From the NCBI GenBank assembly GCA_963662795.1, contig OY759746.1, forward strand, positions 576,001 to 640,000: a DNA stretch of 64,000 nt, given 5' to 3'. The stretch is from Spirochaetia bacterium (lineage in GTDB: Bacteria > Spirochaetota > Spirochaetia > CADAEX01). Positions within the stretch are counted from its first letter, which is position 1. Every line of letters starts with the position of its first letter. The notes under the pieces were generated by a model. The model saw only the letters and a list, made by a program, of their open reading frames with translations, was not told where the DNA came from and searched no databases. The position numbers and the translations under genes were made by a program. Positions 9,931 to 20,468 of the stretch are shown here, one piece after another.

Positions 9931-10546
9931 CCTTGCTTCCGTTATTATTCTCTCATATTTCATCGGAGCAGTCCCTTTCGGCTACCTGGCTGGAAAGTTT
10001 TTTAAGGGAATAGACATAAGAAGCAGCGGAAGCGGGAACACAGGGGCGACAAACGCATTGCGTGTACTTGGCAAAAAAAACGGTATCACAGTACTTATCC
10101 TCGATTTTCTGAAAGGAGCTTTCTGCGTGCTTGTAATTTCACGGACAGCCGTTTTTGGAGAAGCGGTCCTCTCCCTGGAATACATAAAGCTGATATCCTT
10201 TGCCGCCGTCTTTATCGGGCACATCTACCCGGTCTATCTGGGCTTTAAGGGCGGCAAAGGGGTAGCTGTCGCGGCCGGAGGCGCCTCGTCCCTCTCCCCG
10301 CTTGTATTTCCGCTATGCACTATCGTTTTTTCCGCCGTACTTATTAAAACAAAATATGTTTCTGCAGCTTCCCTTTCGGCCGCCTGGGCGCTTGTCCTGG
10401 TTTATCCTCTCTCGCTCATATTCAGAGGCCTTTCGTTTTATCCCCTTTATGAGGCGGTTTTTATATCAGCTGCTATTCTTGTTACATATAAACACAGGGG
10501 CAATATCTCGAGACTGATCGGGAAAAACGAGAATCGTATCGGATAA
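9923..10546 (+). CDS. plsY: Acyl-phosphate:glycerol-3-phosphate acyltransferase
   Basis: DIRSSGSGNTGATNALR, GHIYPVYLGFKGGKGVA, KHRGNISRL. Confidence 0.95.
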   Translation: MADLASVIILSYFIGAVPFGYLAGKFFKGIDIRSSGSGNTGATNALRVLGKKNGITVLILDFLKGAFCVLVISRTAVFGEAVLSLEYIKLISFAAVFIGHIYPVYLGFKGGKGVAVAAGGASSLSPLVFPLCTIVFSAVLIKTKYVSAASLSAAWALVLVYPLSLIFRGLSFYPLYEAVFISAAILVTYKHRGNISRLIGKNENRIG

Positions 10547-10774
10547 TTTAATACCTAATAATCACTTTCAGGAAAGACCGGCCCATTTAAAAACAACGGA
10601 TTTGACTTCTTTTTTTCTTTTAGCCGGATAAAACCAGACATAAAAGCAGTTGCCTTGAGAAAAGTGTTAAATATTTGTTAAAAACCGGATATTTTTTTAC
10701 CGCATTATTGCCAGAACTATAATTTCTGCTATAGTGTTCAATTATTGAACAATAATAATAAGGAGCAGCTGAAA

Positions 10775-11920
10775 TTGATAGACTGCGGTATATTTTATAA
10801 AGAGCTGATTAAAAACAATATAAATTATTTCTGCGGAGTGCCTGACTCTCTTTTAAAAAACATCTGTGCCTATATTACGGATAATGCCCCGGAAGGGCGT
10901 CATATAATTGCCTCCAACGAAGGTGCGGCAGCAGCGCTTGCCGCCGGGTGGTATCTGGGATCAGGCCGTCCGGGACTCATCTACATGCAGAACTCAGGTA
11001 TAGGCAACGCTGTAAATCCCCTTTTGTCGTTAGCAGATCCTGCCGTCTACAGCATACCGATGCTGCTTTTGATAGGCTGGCGGGGTGAACCAGGTGTTAA
11101 GGACGAACCTCAGCACAAAAGACAGGGAGAGCTGACTCTGCCCCTTCTTGAAACTCTTGGAATTCCATATTCGGTAATCGACGGCAGCTGCAGTGATATA
11201 AAAATAATTATTGAGCGAGCTGTAAAAGAATCTCTGGCAGGACTTAAGCCTTATGCAATTGTAGTTAAAAAGGACACTTTCGCCCCGTACATTAAGGAAA
11301 AACAAAGTGAAGGACCCGGCATCCTTGTACGGGAGAAAGCAGTAATACTTGCAGCTGAACTTGCAGAAAAGGACTGTGCGATTGTATCAACAACAGGAAT
11401 GATATCAAGGGAACTTTATGAATACAGGGAAAATAACGGATTGTCCCATGATTCGGATTTTCTTACAGTAGGCTCAATGGGCCATTCATCGCAGATTGCT
11501 GCCGGTATTGCCGCCTCAAATCCAGGCAGAAAAATATACTGCTTTGACGGCGATGGCGCCGTGATAATGCATATGGGAAGTCTTGCTGTTAACGGAACAT
11601 CGGCACTTTTGAATTTTATTCATATAGTATTTAACAATGCATCGCACGACAGTGTCGGAGGGCAGATGACGGCAGCAGGTAAAATTGACCTCTGCGCGGT
11701 CGCCAGGGCCTGCCGCTATAAAACCGTAATCAGCGCATCGGATGAAAGCGAAATGAAATTGGCGTTTGACACAATCAGAAAAACCGGAGGCCCCTCCTTT
11801 CTGGAAATCAGGGTTAAAAAGGGAGCAAGGGAAAACCTCGGCCGCCCGGCAGCATCGCCGCAGGCACAAAAAAATAATTTTATCCAGTATTTATCAGGTG
11901 AAAAAAGGGAGATTGTATGA
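10775..11920 (+). CDS. aepY: Phosphonopyruvate decarboxylase (ThDP-dependent)
   Basis: [50 protein letters not shown]. Start placed at TTG 10775 (RBS AAGGAG at 10760-10765); the ORF track starts at 10745. Confidence 0.93.
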   Translation: MIDCGIFYKELIKNNINYFCGVPDSLLKNICAYITDNAPEGRHIIASNEGAAAALAAGWYLGSGRPGLIYMQNSGIGNAVNPLLSLADPAVYSIPMLLLIGWRGEPGVKDEPQHKRQGELTLPLLETLGIPYSVIDGSCSDIKIIIERAVKESLAGLKPYAIVVKKDTFAPYIKEKQSEGPGILVREKAVILAAELAEKDCAIVSTTGMISRELYEYRENNGLSHDSDFLTVGSMGHSSQIAAGIAASNPGRKIYCFDGDGAVIMHMGSLAVNGTSALLNFIHIVFNNASHDSVGGQMTAAGKIDLCAVARACRYKTVISASDESEMKLAFDTIRKTGGPSFLEIRVKKGARENLGRPAASPQAQKNNFIQYLSGEKREIV

Positions 11921-13227
11921 AAAATAAAAAAACTGTATATGTCGGGATGAGCGCGGATCTTGTACATCCCGGACACCTTAACATTATAAAAGAAGCATCA
12001 AAACTTGGAGAAGTCTATATCGGGCTTTTAACAGACAGGGCGATTGCAGGCTACAAAAGGCTGCCGTACCTTGAATTTGAGCAGAGAAGAATCATTATTG
12101 AGGGATTAAAGGGAGTCAGGCAGGTTATTCCCCAGGAATCGCTTGATTACAGACCCAACCTTGAAAAACTGAAGCCGGATTTTGTGGTGCACGGCGATGA
12201 CTGGAAGGAAGGAGTGCAGAGAGAGACCAGGCAGCAGGTAATTGAAACACTTGATAAATGGGGAGGGGCCCTTGTTGAGATACCGTATACACAGGGAATT
12301 TCCTCCACAAAGCTTAATAAGGCCCTGCGTGAAATCGGCACCACACCCGACCTCAGAAGGGCAAGGCTCCGCAGATTAATAAGCAGCAAGCCGTATGTCA
12401 GAATAATTGAAGCCCACAACGGCCTTACAGGATGCATTGTTGAAAACCTTAAGGCGGAAGTAAACGGGGAAAGCCGTGAATTCGACGGTATGTGGTCAAG
12501 CAGCCTTACCGATTCCACGGCAAAAGGCAAACCTGATATTGAAGCTGTGGATATTTCCTCAAGGATCGCGAATATCAATGATCTTCTTGAGGTTACAACA
12601 AAACCTGTTATTTTCGACGGGGATACCGGCGGTAAACCTGAGCATTTTGTTTATACTGTACGTACCCTTGAGCGGCTCGGTGTATCAGCTGTCATAATCG
12701 AAGACAAGATAGGACTAAAGAAAAACTCACTTTTCGGAACAGAAGCTGAGCAGATTCAGGATACGGTTGAAAATTTCTGTGCAAAGATAAAAGCGGGAAA
12801 ACAGGCCCTTGTTACAGACGATTTCATGATTATTGCGCGGATTGAAAGCCTTATTCTCGCCCGGGGGATGGATGATGCGGTAAAGCGGGCAAAAGCCTAT
12901 ATTAATGCAGGCGCGGACGGGATAATGATACATTCGAAGGAGAAAAAGCCTGATGAAATACTCATTTTCTGCTCAGAATATAACAAAATAAAAGACCGCC
13001 CTCCTCTTGTCGCTGTTCCTACAAGCTACGATACGATATATGAAAATGAACTGGCGGAAGCAGGGGTGAATGTTATTATCTACGCTAATCAGCTTATAAG
13101 AAGCGCGTATCCGGCAATGGTAAATACTGCAAGAAGCATTCTTGAGAACAGGCGCGCTTTTGAAGCAGGGCCGAATTTGATGGCGATCAGGGATATAATT
13201 GAGCTCATTCCGGAATTTAATATCTGA
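11917..13227 (+). CDS. aepX: Phosphoenolpyruvate mutase with N-terminal cytidylyltransferase domain
   Basis: PepM signature [10 protein letters not shown] (EDKxxxxxNS); N-terminal DLVHPGH (HxGH) and HGDDW. ATGA overlap with aepY. Confidence 0.95.
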   Translation: MKNKKTVYVGMSADLVHPGHLNIIKEASKLGEVYIGLLTDRAIAGYKRLPYLEFEQRRIIIEGLKGVRQVIPQESLDYRPNLEKLKPDFVVHGDDWKEGVQRETRQQVIETLDKWGGALVEIPYTQGISSTKLNKALREIGTTPDLRRARLRRLISSKPYVRIIEAHNGLTGCIVENLKAEVNGESREFDGMWSSSLTDSTAKGKPDIEAVDISSRIANINDLLEVTTKPVIFDGDTGGKPEHFVYTVRTLERLGVSAVIIEDKIGLKKNSLFGTEAEQIQDTVENFCAKIKAGKQALVTDDFMIIARIESLILARGMDDAVKRAKAYINAGADGIMIHSKEKKPDEILIFCSEYNKIKDRPPLVAVPTSYDTIYENELAEAGVNVIIYANQLIRSAYPAMVNTARSILENRRAFEAGPNLMAIRDIIELIPEFNI

Positions 13228-13581
13228 AAATACGGCATCCTGAATGTTCCGGTTTTACAGACAGAGATCACCCCAACAGATAACAACTGAGCATTTTTAC
13301 TTCAGTCAGTTAAATTATCGTTAACTGCCTTTTGCAGTTTATTCCGGATTATTAAAATTGGATTAGTAAACTCAAAAAAATAATACAACATTTATTTTAC
13401 GTATTATGTAATAATGTTTTCTTTTATAAGGTTTTATTTTCATTTTTACCCCATTATTCATAGATTTTTACTTCCTTTTTTTCATTTTCTCATTTAATTG
13501 ATTTTTCACTCAACATTAAAAATGTACTAACAAGATCATTGCAAATTACATTTGAATTAAATTTTTTCATAAGGAGTAAAA

Positions 13582-14589
13582 ATGAAAAAAACAATTTTGT
13601 TGATGCTGGTTTTACTAACGGCAGCTTATTCCCTGTTTGCCGGAGGCAGCAGTGAAAAAAAAGAGCGCAGCAGTGGTAAAACAGCATGGATTACGGAAGA
13701 TTCGGAAGATGCAATTCTTCCGGGAATTAATCCCCTCAAGGTATCCGGTGATATTGTAACTGCAGGCAGCTCAACTGTTTTTCCCCTGTCGGAGAGAATG
13801 GCTGAGAGATTCAGGGCGGAAGGATATGGCGGCAGCATCACTATAGACAGTATCGGAAGCGGAGCAGGTTTTGAAAGGTTCTGCATTGCGGGTGAGACTG
13901 ATATTTCAAATGCCAGCAGGCCGATGAAGGACTCTGAGGCAGAAAAAGCACGCGCTATCGGCAGAATACCGGTTGAATTCAAAGTAGGCACAGACGCAGT
14001 TGCAGTAGTAGTAAGCAAAAAAAACAGTTTTGCACAGGAAGCGACAAAAGATGAACTGAAAAAAATATTTTCTGATGCAAAAAAATGGTCGGATGTAAGA
14101 AGCAGCTGGCCGGAAAAAGATATTGAAAGGTTCATCCCCGGAACAGACAGCGGAACTTTTGATTTCTTTGTTGAAACCATTTTCAAAAAAGACAACAAAC
14201 CCATGCTTAATGCTGCCAACCTCCAGATGAGCGAAGATGATAATGTTCTTGTACAGGGTATAGAAGGAAGTCCTTACGCGGTAGGATTTTTCGGATATTC
14301 CTACTACAAGGAAAACATGGAGCAGCTTACCATACTCAAAATAGACGGTGTTGAAGCAAGTGATAAAACTGTCGATAACGGAACCTATCTTCTTTCAAGG
14401 CCCCTTTTCCTCTATACAAGTGAAAACATATTAAAGGAAAAACCTCAGGTTGCGGCTTTTATCGCGTATTACCTTACCTATGTAAATGAAGAAATTGGAT
14501 CAGTCGGGTATTTCCCTGCTGCAAAGGATATCCTGTCTGCATCAAAGGTGAAGTGGATGGAGCTTATGTCAGAAAGTCTGAAAAGGTAA
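13582..14589 (+). CDS. pstS: Phosphate ABC transporter substrate-binding protein
   Basis: Signal peptide ending LFAGG; AGSSTVFP, GSGAG, DISNASR, DSGTFDFF, LSRPLFLY. Confidence 0.93.
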   Translation: MKKTILLMLVLLTAAYSLFAGGSSEKKERSSGKTAWITEDSEDAILPGINPLKVSGDIVTAGSSTVFPLSERMAERFRAEGYGGSITIDSIGSGAGFERFCIAGETDISNASRPMKDSEAEKARAIGRIPVEFKVGTDAVAVVVSKKNSFAQEATKDELKKIFSDAKKWSDVRSSWPEKDIERFIPGTDSGTFDFFVETIFKKDNKPMLNAANLQMSEDDNVLVQGIEGSPYAVGFFGYSYYKENMEQLTILKIDGVEASDKTVDNGTYLLSRPLFLYTSENILKEKPQVAAFIAYYLTYVNEEIGSVGYFPAAKDILSASKVKWMELMSESLKR

Positions 14590-14614
14590 CAACCGGAGTG
14601 AGTCAATTTATAAA

Positions 14615-15550
14615 ATGAAAATTTTTTCTGATATAAGAAAAGAAAAAAGGCTGAGTCTTTATAAAAAGGCCAGGCCTTTTGAGCTTTTTGTTCATCTTCT
14701 TCTTTTCATGGTCACATCATTTTCCATACTTATAACAATTTTTATTGTAATAATCCTCGGAAGGGAATCAATGAGGTTTTTCATGAGCGACAATGTATCG
14801 CTTATCGAATTTCTGACATCGCGGGAATGGCAGCCTGTCATATCAAAATTCGGCATACTTCCCCTTTTTAATGCGACACTAATGACAAGCGCAATTGCCA
14901 TGCTTGTTGCCATACCACTTGGGCTTTTTACAGCCATTTACCTAAGCGAATACGCAAAGCCAAGGATAAAGTCAATCCTTAAACCAGCCCTGGAAGTCCT
15001 TGCAGGAATTCCGACAATAGTTTACGGATATTTCGCGCTGACATTTATGACTCCCCTTCTAAGAATAATTTTTGGAAATGACATTGTTCAAATATACAAT
15101 ACAGCTTCTGCCGGTATTGTAATAGGCATATTAATAATCCCCCTTATTGCGTCAATGTGCGAAGATGCGCTTTCCGCAATCCCGGGAGATCTGCGCGATG
15201 CAGGTACCGGTCTCGGGGCTACAAAACTCGAAGTAACAACAGGAATTGTTATTCCATCAGCATTCTCAGGACTTGCGGCTTCATTCATAGTCGGCATTTC
15301 AAGAGCAATTGGAGAAACAATGATAGTCGCAATTGCGGCAGGGGCAAGATCAAACCTTACATTGAATCCTTTTGAATCTGCCGAAACAATGACAGGCTAC
15401 ATAGTGAGGATCAGCGGCGGAGACATCTCATTTGACACACTTGATTATAACAGTATTTTCGCAATCGGCATGGTGCTGTTTCTAATCACACTGCTCCTCA
15501 ACATGGTCAGCAGAATAATAGTAAAAAAATACAGGGAGATTTATGAATAA
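14615..15550 (+). CDS. pstC: Phosphate ABC transporter permease
   Basis: YLSEYA, LAGIPTIVYG, SRAIGETM; operon position. Confidence 0.93.
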   Translation: MKIFSDIRKEKRLSLYKKARPFELFVHLLLFMVTSFSILITIFIVIILGRESMRFFMSDNVSLIEFLTSREWQPVISKFGILPLFNATLMTSAIAMLVAIPLGLFTAIYLSEYAKPRIKSILKPALEVLAGIPTIVYGYFALTFMTPLLRIIFGNDIVQIYNTASAGIVIGILIIPLIASMCEDALSAIPGDLRDAGTGLGATKLEVTTGIVIPSAFSGLAASFIVGISRAIGETMIVAIAAGARSNLTLNPFESAETMTGYIVRISGGDISFDTLDYNSIFAIGMVLFLITLLLNMVSRIIVKKYREIYE

Positions 15551-16787
15551 TAATTTCGATCAGAGCTATTTTGAAACAGACATTTCAGGCAGACAGAAAA
15601 AAAACAGGTACTTTATTCTATTGTTTATTGTCGCGTCGGCGACCGGCATCATTTTCCTTTTTATCCTTCTTTTTTCAATTGTGAATAACGCATTTGGAAT
15701 GACAGCGCTGAAATATGAAAAAAATCCTGAAGCTTTCCCGGAACTAAATATAAATATGAAGGAAAGTACCCGTAATGAATTGATAACTTTCCTGACTGGG
15801 AATGTATCCAAAGGTCTTATAAGAAAACTGGAACATGAGAAGCCGCTGATAAAAAGAAATAAAAATGAAATTATCAATCTGATCCATGATGAAATATTCC
15901 GGATCAGGGTAGTAAAAAGCTGGCCGCTATCCGACCTTTTGATAAATAAAAAAAAAATTGAGGAATTTATTAAGGAAAATCCCGGGACAAAACTTGAATT
16001 CAAAAGCTGGATCAACGCTGATTTCATAAAAAACACACAGTCAAGCTTACCGGAAAAGGCAGGGGTTAAGACCGCGCTGCTCGGAACAATCTGGCTTGTT
16101 TTGCTCACGGTTCTTTTTGCATTCCCAATCGGTGTCGCGACAGCAGTTTATCTTGAAGAATATGCAAAGGACAATTTTTTTACCCGGATAGTACAGCTGA
16201 ATATTTTCAATCTGGCAGGAGTACCGTCGATAATATTCGGAATACTGGGGCTCACTGTTTTTGTAAGATTCCTTTCCCCGCTTACAAGCGGCGCGATTTT
16301 CGGTCTTGATGGTTCATCAGGGTCAACCGGAAGGACAATACTTTCTGCAGGAATAACACTTTCCCTCTTAACACTTCCTGTAATAATCATAAATGCCCAG
16401 GAAGCAATACGGGCAGTTCCTTCAAGCCTCCGTAGTTCCAGCTATGGACTAGGCGCCACAAAATTGCAGACGATAATCCACCATGTCCTCCCTGCCTGTT
16501 TTGACAGGATATTGACCGGAACAATTCTCGCAATATCAAGAGCTGTCGGAGAAACTGCTCCGCTTGTTGTCGTAGGAGCTTCTACATTCATTACTGTAAA
16601 CCCGTCAACAATTTTTTCAAAATTTACGGCACTGCCGATTCAGATATATCAATGGACTTCGAGGCCTCAGCAGGAATTCAGAAATACTGCCGCCGCTGCG
16701 ATAATTGTCCTGCTGCTGCTTCTTCTTTCGATGAATACAACAGCCGTAATACTCAGAAACAGAATAAGGAGGAACAGGGAAGCATGA
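15543..16787 (+). CDS. pstA: Phosphate ABC transporter permease
   Basis: [24 protein letters not shown]; extra soluble loop near the N-terminus. Confidence 0.92.
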   Translation: MNNNFDQSYFETDISGRQKKNRYFILLFIVASATGIIFLFILLFSIVNNAFGMTALKYEKNPEAFPELNINMKESTRNELITFLTGNVSKGLIRKLEHEKPLIKRNKNEIINLIHDEIFRIRVVKSWPLSDLLINKKKIEEFIKENPGTKLEFKSWINADFIKNTQSSLPEKAGVKTALLGTIWLVLLTVLFAFPIGVATAVYLEEYAKDNFFTRIVQLNIFNLAGVPSIIFGILGLTVFVRFLSPLTSGAIFGLDGSSGSTGRTILSAGITLSLLTLPVIIINAQEAIRAVPSSLRSSSYGLGATKLQTIIHHVLPACFDRILTGTILAISRAVGETAPLVVVGASTFITVNPSTIFSKFTALPIQIYQWTSRPQQEFRNTAAAAIIVLLLLLLSMNTTAVILRNRIRRNREA

Positions 16788-17596
16788 ATTCTTCTGCTGT
16801 ATTACTTGAAAAGGAAGGTAAAGTTATTTCCGGAATAAAAGTGCTCGAATTAATTGATCTCAATATTTATTACAACAATTTTCCAGCGGTAAAAAATGTT
16901 AATCTTGCGATAAATAAAAACAGTATTACCTCAATAATAGGGCCTTCAGGCTGCGGGAAAAGTACGGTACTTCGTTCCATAAACAGGATGAACGAGCTCA
17001 TTCCAGGATCAACTGCTACCGGACAGATAATATTTGACGGAATAAATATATACGGGAAAAACATTGATCCTGTGGAAATCAGAAGGCGGATAGGGATGGT
17101 TTTTCAGAAACCAAATCCGTTTCCAAAATCAATTTACGAGAATATCGCGTGGGGCGCAAGAATAAACGGTTACAAAGGCAGCATGGACAGTCTTGTTGAA
17201 GAGTCACTCCGAAAGGCAGCCCTTTGGGATGAAGTCAAGGACAAGTTAAAACAAAGCGCAATGAGACTCTCTGGAGGACAGCAGCAGCGGCTCTGCATAG
17301 CCCGGGCCATAGCGCTAAGACCGGAGCTTATCCTGATGGATGAACCTGCATCAGCCCTTGATCCGATTGCTACCTTAAAAATAGAAGAGCTTATGGAAGA
17401 GCTTGCAAGGGAATTTACAATAATTATTGTAACGCACAACATCCAGCAGGCATCAAGAATATCTGACATGACTGCATTTTTTATGGTAGACCCTGGCAGG
17501 AGCGGTTTTCTGGTTGAATATGATAAAACAGAAAAGATATTTTTAAACCCTTCAGATAGAAGAACAGAGGATTATATAACAGGACGGTTTGGATGA
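16784..17596 (+). CDS. pstB: Phosphate ABC transporter ATPase
   Basis: [39 protein letters not shown]. Start at ATG 16784 (ATGA overlap with the pstA stop). Confidence 0.96.
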   Translation: MNSSAVLLEKEGKVISGIKVLELIDLNIYYNNFPAVKNVNLAINKNSITSIIGPSGCGKSTVLRSINRMNELIPGSTATGQIIFDGINIYGKNIDPVEIRRRIGMVFQKPNPFPKSIYENIAWGARINGYKGSMDSLVEESLRKAALWDEVKDKLKQSAMRLSGGQQQRLCIARAIALRPELILMDEPASALDPIATLKIEELMEELAREFTIIIVTHNIQQASRISDMTAFFMVDPGRSGFLVEYDKTEKIFLNPSDRRTEDYITGRFG

Positions 17597-17624
17597 TAAA
17601 ATATCAGTGTAAAATGGAGAATTT

Positions 17625-18281
17625 ATGACAGCAAGAAATAATTTTTATAATTCATTGCAGCATCTCAAAGAAGAAATATCAGACATGGGAAAACTTGTAG
17701 ACACTGCAATAAACAGATCAATAGTCGCACTTAAAAACAGGGACATGATTCTTGCAAATGAACTTGTAGAAGCTGATAAACTGATAAATCAGAAGCAGAC
17801 AGAAATCGAGGATCTATGCGTTATTCTTATTGCACGTGAACAACCTGTCGCGGGGGACCTCAGAAATATCATTACAGCGCTCAAAATAGTTTCAGAGCTT
17901 GAGAGGATGGGAGACCATGCCGGGCATATTGCAAAAGCTGCGATGAGACTGGCGAATGAGGATTATATAAAACCTCTTATCGATATCCCTGAGATGGCAA
18001 GAATTGCCGTTGAAATGCTTGACGGGGCGCTTGAGGCTTACCTTGCGAATGATGCAGATAAAGCAAAGGAAATAGCCCGGCTTGATGATAAAATCGACAA
18101 TCTGCATGAACAGGTACTGAGGGAGCTTTTGACTTATATGATGGAGGATCCCCGAAATATCAGGCAGGCAAACAATTTTCTCTTTATAAGCAGATTCCTT
18201 GAAAGATTAGGCGACCATGTTACAAATATATGCGAGTGTGCTGTATTTTCAAGCAGAGGCGAGCATATACAGCTTAACTGA
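17625..18281 (+). CDS. phoU: Phosphate signalling protein PhoU
   Basis: QPVAGDLR plus two LER(M/L)GDH repeats. Confidence 0.95.
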   Translation: MTARNNFYNSLQHLKEEISDMGKLVDTAINRSIVALKNRDMILANELVEADKLINQKQTEIEDLCVILIAREQPVAGDLRNIITALKIVSELERMGDHAGHIAKAAMRLANEDYIKPLIDIPEMARIAVEMLDGALEAYLANDADKAKEIARLDDKIDNLHEQVLRELLTYMMEDPRNIRQANNFLFISRFLERLGDHVTNICECAVFSSRGEHIQLN

Positions 18282-18289
18282 AATGATTT

Positions 18290-18628
18290 TCAGTCTTTGA
18301 AAATATAAAGGATTATTTTTGAAGGCACTGATGAGTCTATGCCGTGGAGAACATTATCCGGGACTGCGATCAGCTCTCCTGACCTCAATGTTTTCCCGGT
18401 ACTTTCACCGATTGATACTGATACCTCACCTTCAATGACATGAATAAGAACTTCTCCGGCCATAGCGTAAGGGCTTATACCTTCGCCGGGGGAAAAAGAA
18501 AAAAAGGTAAATGAAAAATTATCCCGCTGGACAAGCGCCCTGCTAATGATTCCTCCCTCAGTGTATGATACGTAATCTTCAATTTTCTTTACTTCTTTTT
18601 CTTTTACTTTTTTTATGTAAATGCTCAC
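18290..18628 (-). CDS. Cupin domain protein
   Basis: Cupin-like VIEGEV...GELIAVPDNVLH; paralogue of the upstream gene. Confidence 0.8.
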   Translation of the reverse strand: MSIYIKKVKEKEVKKIEDYVSYTEGGIISRALVQRDNFSFTFFSFSPGEGISPYAMAGEVLIHVIEGEVSVSIGESTGKTLRSGELIAVPDNVLHGIDSSVPSKIILYIFKD

Positions 18629-18981
18629 TAGTCCCCCTTTTTCTGCGGCTTTACAACAATCAGCATCATCTTGTATTTTCCTATTGCCTGTACCGCATGG
18701 GATACATTAGCCGGCATTACAACCGTATCTCCTTCTTCAAGTATTACTTTTTCATCTCCTATTGAGATTTCCCCTTTCCCCTCGATCGCATACACCCAGG
18801 CATCTCCTGGAGCTGTATGGCGGCTTAAGCTCTCATCTTCATCAAACGCAACAAGTGATATGCTGAACTCGTCCCTCTGGACAATTGTTTTGCTGCTTAC
18901 GCTCCCTTCAGCATAATCAAGCAGGTCCTTGAGTTTCAGAACAGATTCATATTCAATGTTTTTCAGAAATCTCTCTTCCAC
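18628..18981 (-). CDS. Cupin domain protein
   Basis: SLSRHTAPGDA...EG...MPANVSHAV; GTG start with GGAG RBS. Confidence 0.85.
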   Translation of the reverse strand: MEERFLKNIEYESVLKLKDLLDYAEGSVSSKTIVQRDEFSISLVAFDEDESLSRHTAPGDAWVYAIEGKGEISIGDEKVILEEGDTVVMPANVSHAVQAIGKYKMMLIVVKPQKKGD

Positions 18982-19014
18982 AGATACTCCTTATTCAGGC
19001 CTTTATCTTATAAA

Positions 19015-19039
19015 GCCCCGGCTTTGTGCAGGCCGGGGC
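19015..19039. terminator. GC-rich hairpin downstream of the SOD gene
   Basis: gccccggc-N9-gccggggc flanked by A/T runs. Confidence 0.6.
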
Positions 19040-19059
19040 ATCTTTTTTTCCGGCCTGTA

Positions 19060-19662
19060 TCAAGCCTTGTAGTAATCAGAAACCTGTTTCCAGTTTATGA
19101 TTTTGAAGAAGTTCTCGATATAATCAGGACGCCTGTTCTGATAGTTAAGATAATAGGCATGCTCCCATACATCAAGCCCCAGAACAGGGGTATCTCCTTT
19201 TGTAATCGGTGAGTCCTGGTTCGGTGTGGAATATACGCTTAAGCTTCCGTCCGGCTTTACAGCAAGCCAGGCCCATCCTGATCCGAACCGCGAAACCGCA
19301 GTTTTTGAAAACAGCCCTTTGAAGAACTCAAATCCGCCGAACTCCTTCTTTATTGCATCCGCAAGCTTCCCCTCCGGCTCGCCGCCACCCTTGCTGTCAA
19401 GTATTGTCCAGAAAAGGGTATGATTGGCATGGCCGCCGCCGTTGTTCCTGACTGCTTCCCTGATTGATTCAGGAATGCTGTCAAGGTTTTTAAGCAGATA
19501 CTCTATGGTCTTTTCAGCCCATTCTGTCCCCTTTACGGCATTGTTGAGGTTGTTTACATATCCTGCGTGATGTTTATCATGATGAATCTCCATTGTCTTT
19601 GCGTCAATGACAGGTTCCAGAGAATTAAAGCTATATTCAAGTTTCGGTAATATAAAATCCAT
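19060..19662 (-). CDS. sodA: Fe/Mn superoxide dismutase (GGH signature, Mn-like)
   Basis: [30 protein letters not shown]. Start at ATG 19662 with an AGGAG RBS. Confidence 0.95.
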   Translation of the reverse strand: MDFILPKLEYSFNSLEPVIDAKTMEIHHDKHHAGYVNNLNNAVKGTEWAEKTIEYLLKNLDSIPESIREAVRNNGGGHANHTLFWTILDSKGGGEPEGKLADAIKKEFGGFEFFKGLFSKTAVSRFGSGWAWLAVKPDGSLSVYSTPNQDSPITKGDTPVLGLDVWEHAYYLNYQNRRPDYIENFFKIINWKQVSDYYKA

Positions 19663-19751
19663 ATAAACGCTCCTATATAATACTAATATTGTATGATATA
19701 AAATAATAAATATGGCGGGCAAAATCAAATTTATTCAGCCTGATCTGCTGA

Positions 19752-20468
19752 TTACTTTAATGGATGGAGATAGACTATCCCGTCTGTCTTATCATGCTTC
19801 ATAAACTGCGGTATAAGGAGGAGCTCCCTGTCTGATTTGACAATCAGCCTGAAGCGGGCATCGGGAAAGGAGCTGTCTGTTTCAAACTCGTTTTCCTTTA
19901 CATACCTTAAATAGTGCCATCCCTCCTCGTTGTAGCGGGATGCCTCGTCGTAATCAGGAATATAGATGAGGAACTGAAAGTCGCCCCGGACAGTTTTGTA
20001 TTCGTGATATTCATCTGGTGAACTTTTAAATGTCCAGTCGCCGTAGAGGGGGTCTGTATCTTTTTTGTAGTTGCCGTTAAAGACGCGGTACATTGTCGGG
20101 GTTGTAAGGATCTCGCTGCCATCTGTGCGTTTAATCAAATGCTCCCATTTATAGATTTCCGTACTCAGTTCAAGGATTTTGTCACCATTATCATCCATTA
20201 CATCCGGCATATACATCATTCCATCATGTATTTCTTCAATATAGTAATTGATCCCTTCCCTCCTTATCTTGAAAAGCCTTGACCCCTCTTTCCGGATAAA
20301 AGGTTTTATTTCGAAGATATTGTCCTTGTGATGGTATATTTTTTCCCCCTCCCACCTGCCAGAGACAAGAAAGCTGTACCTGTTATAATTAAACTCCTCT
20401 TCAGCAAAAAGGGCTGAAGAGATAAATATAAAAATCATACCAACAAAAATTCTACTTTGGATTTTCAT
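19752..20468 (-). CDS. Exported hypothetical protein; candidate immunity/partner protein of the giant protein
   Basis: Signal peptide MKIQSRIFVGMIFIFISSALFA; TAATG stop/start overlap with the upstream gene. Confidence 0.75.
   Translation of the reverse strand: MKIQSRIFVGMIFIFISSALFAEEEFNYNRYSFLVSGRWEGEKIYHHKDNIFEIKPFIRKEGSRLFKIRREGINYYIEEIHDGMMYMPDVMDDNGDKILELSTEIYKWEHLIKRTDGSEILTTPTMYRVFNGNYKKDTDPLYGDWTFKSSPDEYHEYKTVRGDFQFLIYIPDYDEASRYNEEGWHYLRYVKENEFETDSSFPDARFRLIVKSDRELLLIPQFMKHDKTDGIVYLHPLK

Noticed and set aside
13300-13580. Pho box upstream of pstS
   Set aside because: TAACA/TTACA-like words occur but not in a convincing 11-bp direct-repeat register, and the region is very AT-rich.
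13626-14219. Long antisense or overlapping ORFs (e.g. 13626-14219, 56523-57101, 33633-34199)
   Set aside because: Shadow frames of well-supported genes, with no motifs or RBS.
16652-16783. Longer pstB start (also the longer starts for sodA, cheA and the STAS gene)
   Set aside because: The extensions overlap neighbouring genes or promoters; downstream starts have an RBS or coupling and family-typical N-termini.
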